The translations under genes were made by a program, and so were the position numbers. Positions 62,549 through 64,000 of a DNA stretch of 64,000 nucleotides are shown one piece after another. The notes below the pieces were generated by a model that worked only from the letters and a program-made list of their open reading frames with translations, was not told the DNA's origin and made no database searches. The DNA is taken from positions 271,592 to 335,591 of the forward strand of contig CAWAZR010000011.1 of assembly GCA_963786565.1 (NCBI GenBank). Reading direction: 5' to 3'. Each line of letters starts with the position of its first letter. The first letter of the stretch is position 1. Source of the stretch: an uncultured Acidobacteriota bacterium. GTDB lineage: Bacteria; Acidobacteriota; Terriglobia; Terriglobales; Acidobacteriaceae.

Positions 62549-62621
62549 GCCGACTTCGAGATTAAATCATGCCCCGTGGTGCATGCCAGCCTGCGCCGAT
62601 CGCGTTCCCGGCCCGCAGACT

Positions 62622-63630
62622 CTAATTCTCCGTAGGCATCTTCTCGATGTGGTCGATGATCAGCCGATCCACGGTGGCGCTCCGGTCTTCCAGCTTTAGC
62701 CCCATCTGACTGACGGACTCGAAAACGCTCGATCCGCCGCCAGGGTCCGATGCCTCTGGAGCCGTGTTTCCGCCACCACTCGACGGGCTTGCAGGAATCG
62801 GCATGCCTTGCGCGCGGGCCATGGCTCATCAGATCCGCGATCGAAATCTCGACATCGACCTCGTAGTAGCCCTTGAGCCCTGTCATATCGATCACCTGCC
62901 GGCTGTTGGCCCCGCCCATCTGCATCAATATGGTCGAAAGCAAATCCGCGAATCCTTGCATGGTCACGCCGCTCGATATGATGTCGAACGTCATAGTTTG
63001 CCGGTCGACCTTCTCGATGATCGTACCCCTGGCGCCCATATTCGCGGTGATGGTGAAGTCCGAGTTCATCTTGATGCGCATCGGCCCATCCACGTCGTCC
63101 ACTTGCCGTTCACCGGGCTGGAGCGGTGAGTTGGGGTCGAACGCCTGCGGCGCCGTCGCCGCTTCCTTCATCTTGACCCCGCTCTTGCCGACCACCAGTC
63201 CCAGTACCTTGTGTTCCTCCTGCGCATGGTGGGCAACCAGCTTGAACCGTTCCGCGAGCAACGCCTGCAGCATGGCGGGAACATCGTCCTTGGTCGCGCC
63301 TTCGGGAATCGAGGCCACAATATCGAAGCGCTCTTGCGACATCCAGGGCGGGCCGCTGAGCTGATAGAGGCGGATTTTATAGGCCATGGCAATCAACTGA
63401 TCGAGCTGCGTGTAGGTATACGTCGCTCGTGTGGCGTCGATCTCCTGCCCGACCTTCGGCATCTTGCCCGCCCGCATATCGGCGGCCATTTGCGCCTGAT
63501 CGAGAGGCGCGGCCGGCTTTATCGTGGCTACATCAAAGGTGAATTTGCTCTGCGGCGCCTGCCCGGATGCGGCGCCCGATGCAACAACAAGAAGGATGAG
63601 TGCGGAGACAATACGGCGATGGAATTTCAT
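62622..63630 (-). pseudogene. TIGR03435-family (soil-associated, Acidobacteria-type) secreted protein with an internal frameshift
   Basis: The N-terminal 270 aa (FDVATIKPA..., LSGPPWMSQERFDI, LLAERFKLVAHH, DMTGLKGYYEVDVE) are in one frame. The family-typical C-terminus SVFESVSQMGLKLEDRSATVDRLIIDHIEKMPTEN is in another frame (ORF 62622..62822). The track ORF continues into Arg-rich nonsense. Confidence 0.75.
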
Positions 63631-63698
63631 AGAAGCTCTTTCTGTGGCGCGAATCTGGAGAAATCATACGCCTCGGCGCGTATGCGCAAAAGAGCCTG

Positions 63699-63733
63699 CA
63701 GGGTGCCCCGTCCAAGCTCTGCTTGGGCGGGCT
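63699..63733 (+). repeat. family E stem-loop repeat, copy E4
   Basis: CAGGGTGCCCCGTCCAAGC-TCT-GCTTGGGCGGGCT. Confidence 0.7.
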
Positions 63734-63747
63734 CGCCCTCCGTTTCT

Positions 63748-64000
63748 CTACACCAGCTTCAAAAAATTCCCGCGGTTGAGCCGCGCGCCGGGAAACACCA
63801 GGTCGAGATTCTCCGCGCCCAGGGTTTGCGTGACAACTTCGCCCAGCACCTGCCGAAAGTCGGTGGTCAGCGCCAGGTCGCGGCCCTCGTTCAGTTGCTC
63901 GTTCTCGAGGCCCGGCCACTTTCCGTAAACCTTGCCGCCCTTCACGTTTGCGCCCAGCACGAACATCGCGTTCGCATGGCCGTGATCGGTGCCGCCGGTT
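63748..64000 (-). CDS. DUF1501 domain protein, C-terminal part; the 5' end lies outside the window
   Basis: The ORF is open to the window edge. The C-terminal pattern TDHGHANAMFVLGANVKGGKVYGKWPGL...DLALTTDFRQVLGEV is typical of DUF1501 (sulfatase-like) proteins. Confidence 0.7.
   Translation of the reverse strand, partial: TGGTDHGHANAMFVLGANVKGGKVYGKWPGLENEQLNEGRDLALTTDFRQVLGEVVTQTLGAENLDLVFPGARLNRGNFLKLV

Noticed and set aside
1-64000. Search for tRNA, rRNA, tmRNA, RNase P RNA, CRISPR arrays, integrases, prophage or restriction/defence genes
   Set aside because: No T-loop-type GGTTCGAATCC-like motifs in a tRNA context were seen by eye. There was no GAGGAAAGTCCGG RNase P core, no regularly spaced direct repeats, and no recognisable defence or phage proteins. 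Absence is based on visual scanning only, and a covariance-model scan could still find small RNAs.

Overview
GC-rich chromosomal segment (roughly 60 percent GC by eye, not computed). The gene content (a TIGR03435-family protein, DUF1501, several TonB-C and cyclophilin genes, dense intergenic stem-loop repeats) suggests Acidobacteriota (Terriglobia-like); this is inference only. I call about 58 protein genes, mostly housekeeping: lnt (partial), prfB, rarA, tsaC, tlyA, nadK, mobA, nadE, purC-cvpA, tdk, smc, fabH, hpf, rapZ and recQ. There is also a sensor kinase plus sigma-54 response-regulator pair, an envelope thiol-redox cluster, an EPS priming glycosyltransferase, an orphan secretin and three cyclophilins. 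I found no rRNA, tRNA, CRISPR array, prophage or recognisable defence island. One SRP RNA gene (ffs) is recognisable and is missed by the ORF track. Items worth a second look: (1) at least four families of intergenic repeats, including a RAYT (REP-associated Y1 transposase) flanked by its own inverted stem-loop repeats, and a double-hairpin repeat inserted in-frame inside tlyA; (2) a secreted cyclophilin ending in a poly-proline tract, with a signal-less TonB C-terminal domain ORF in the -1 frame (ATGA overlap), which looks like a split or recoded fusion; (3) an AAA+ ATPase whose N-terminus carries two 24-residue RLGxxLV-type motifs with a 5-residue spacer (MshEN-like c-di-GMP receptor architecture), next to the EPS priming transferase; (4) four arrays of heptamer tandem repeats next to gene ends; (5) frame anomalies at the secretin 5' end and inside the TIGR03435 gene; (6) a candidate terminator-bearing structured sRNA near purC. 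The long antisense and alternative-frame ORFs in the track are rejected as GC-driven shadow ORFs. All homology statements come from motif recognition by eye; no searches were run.
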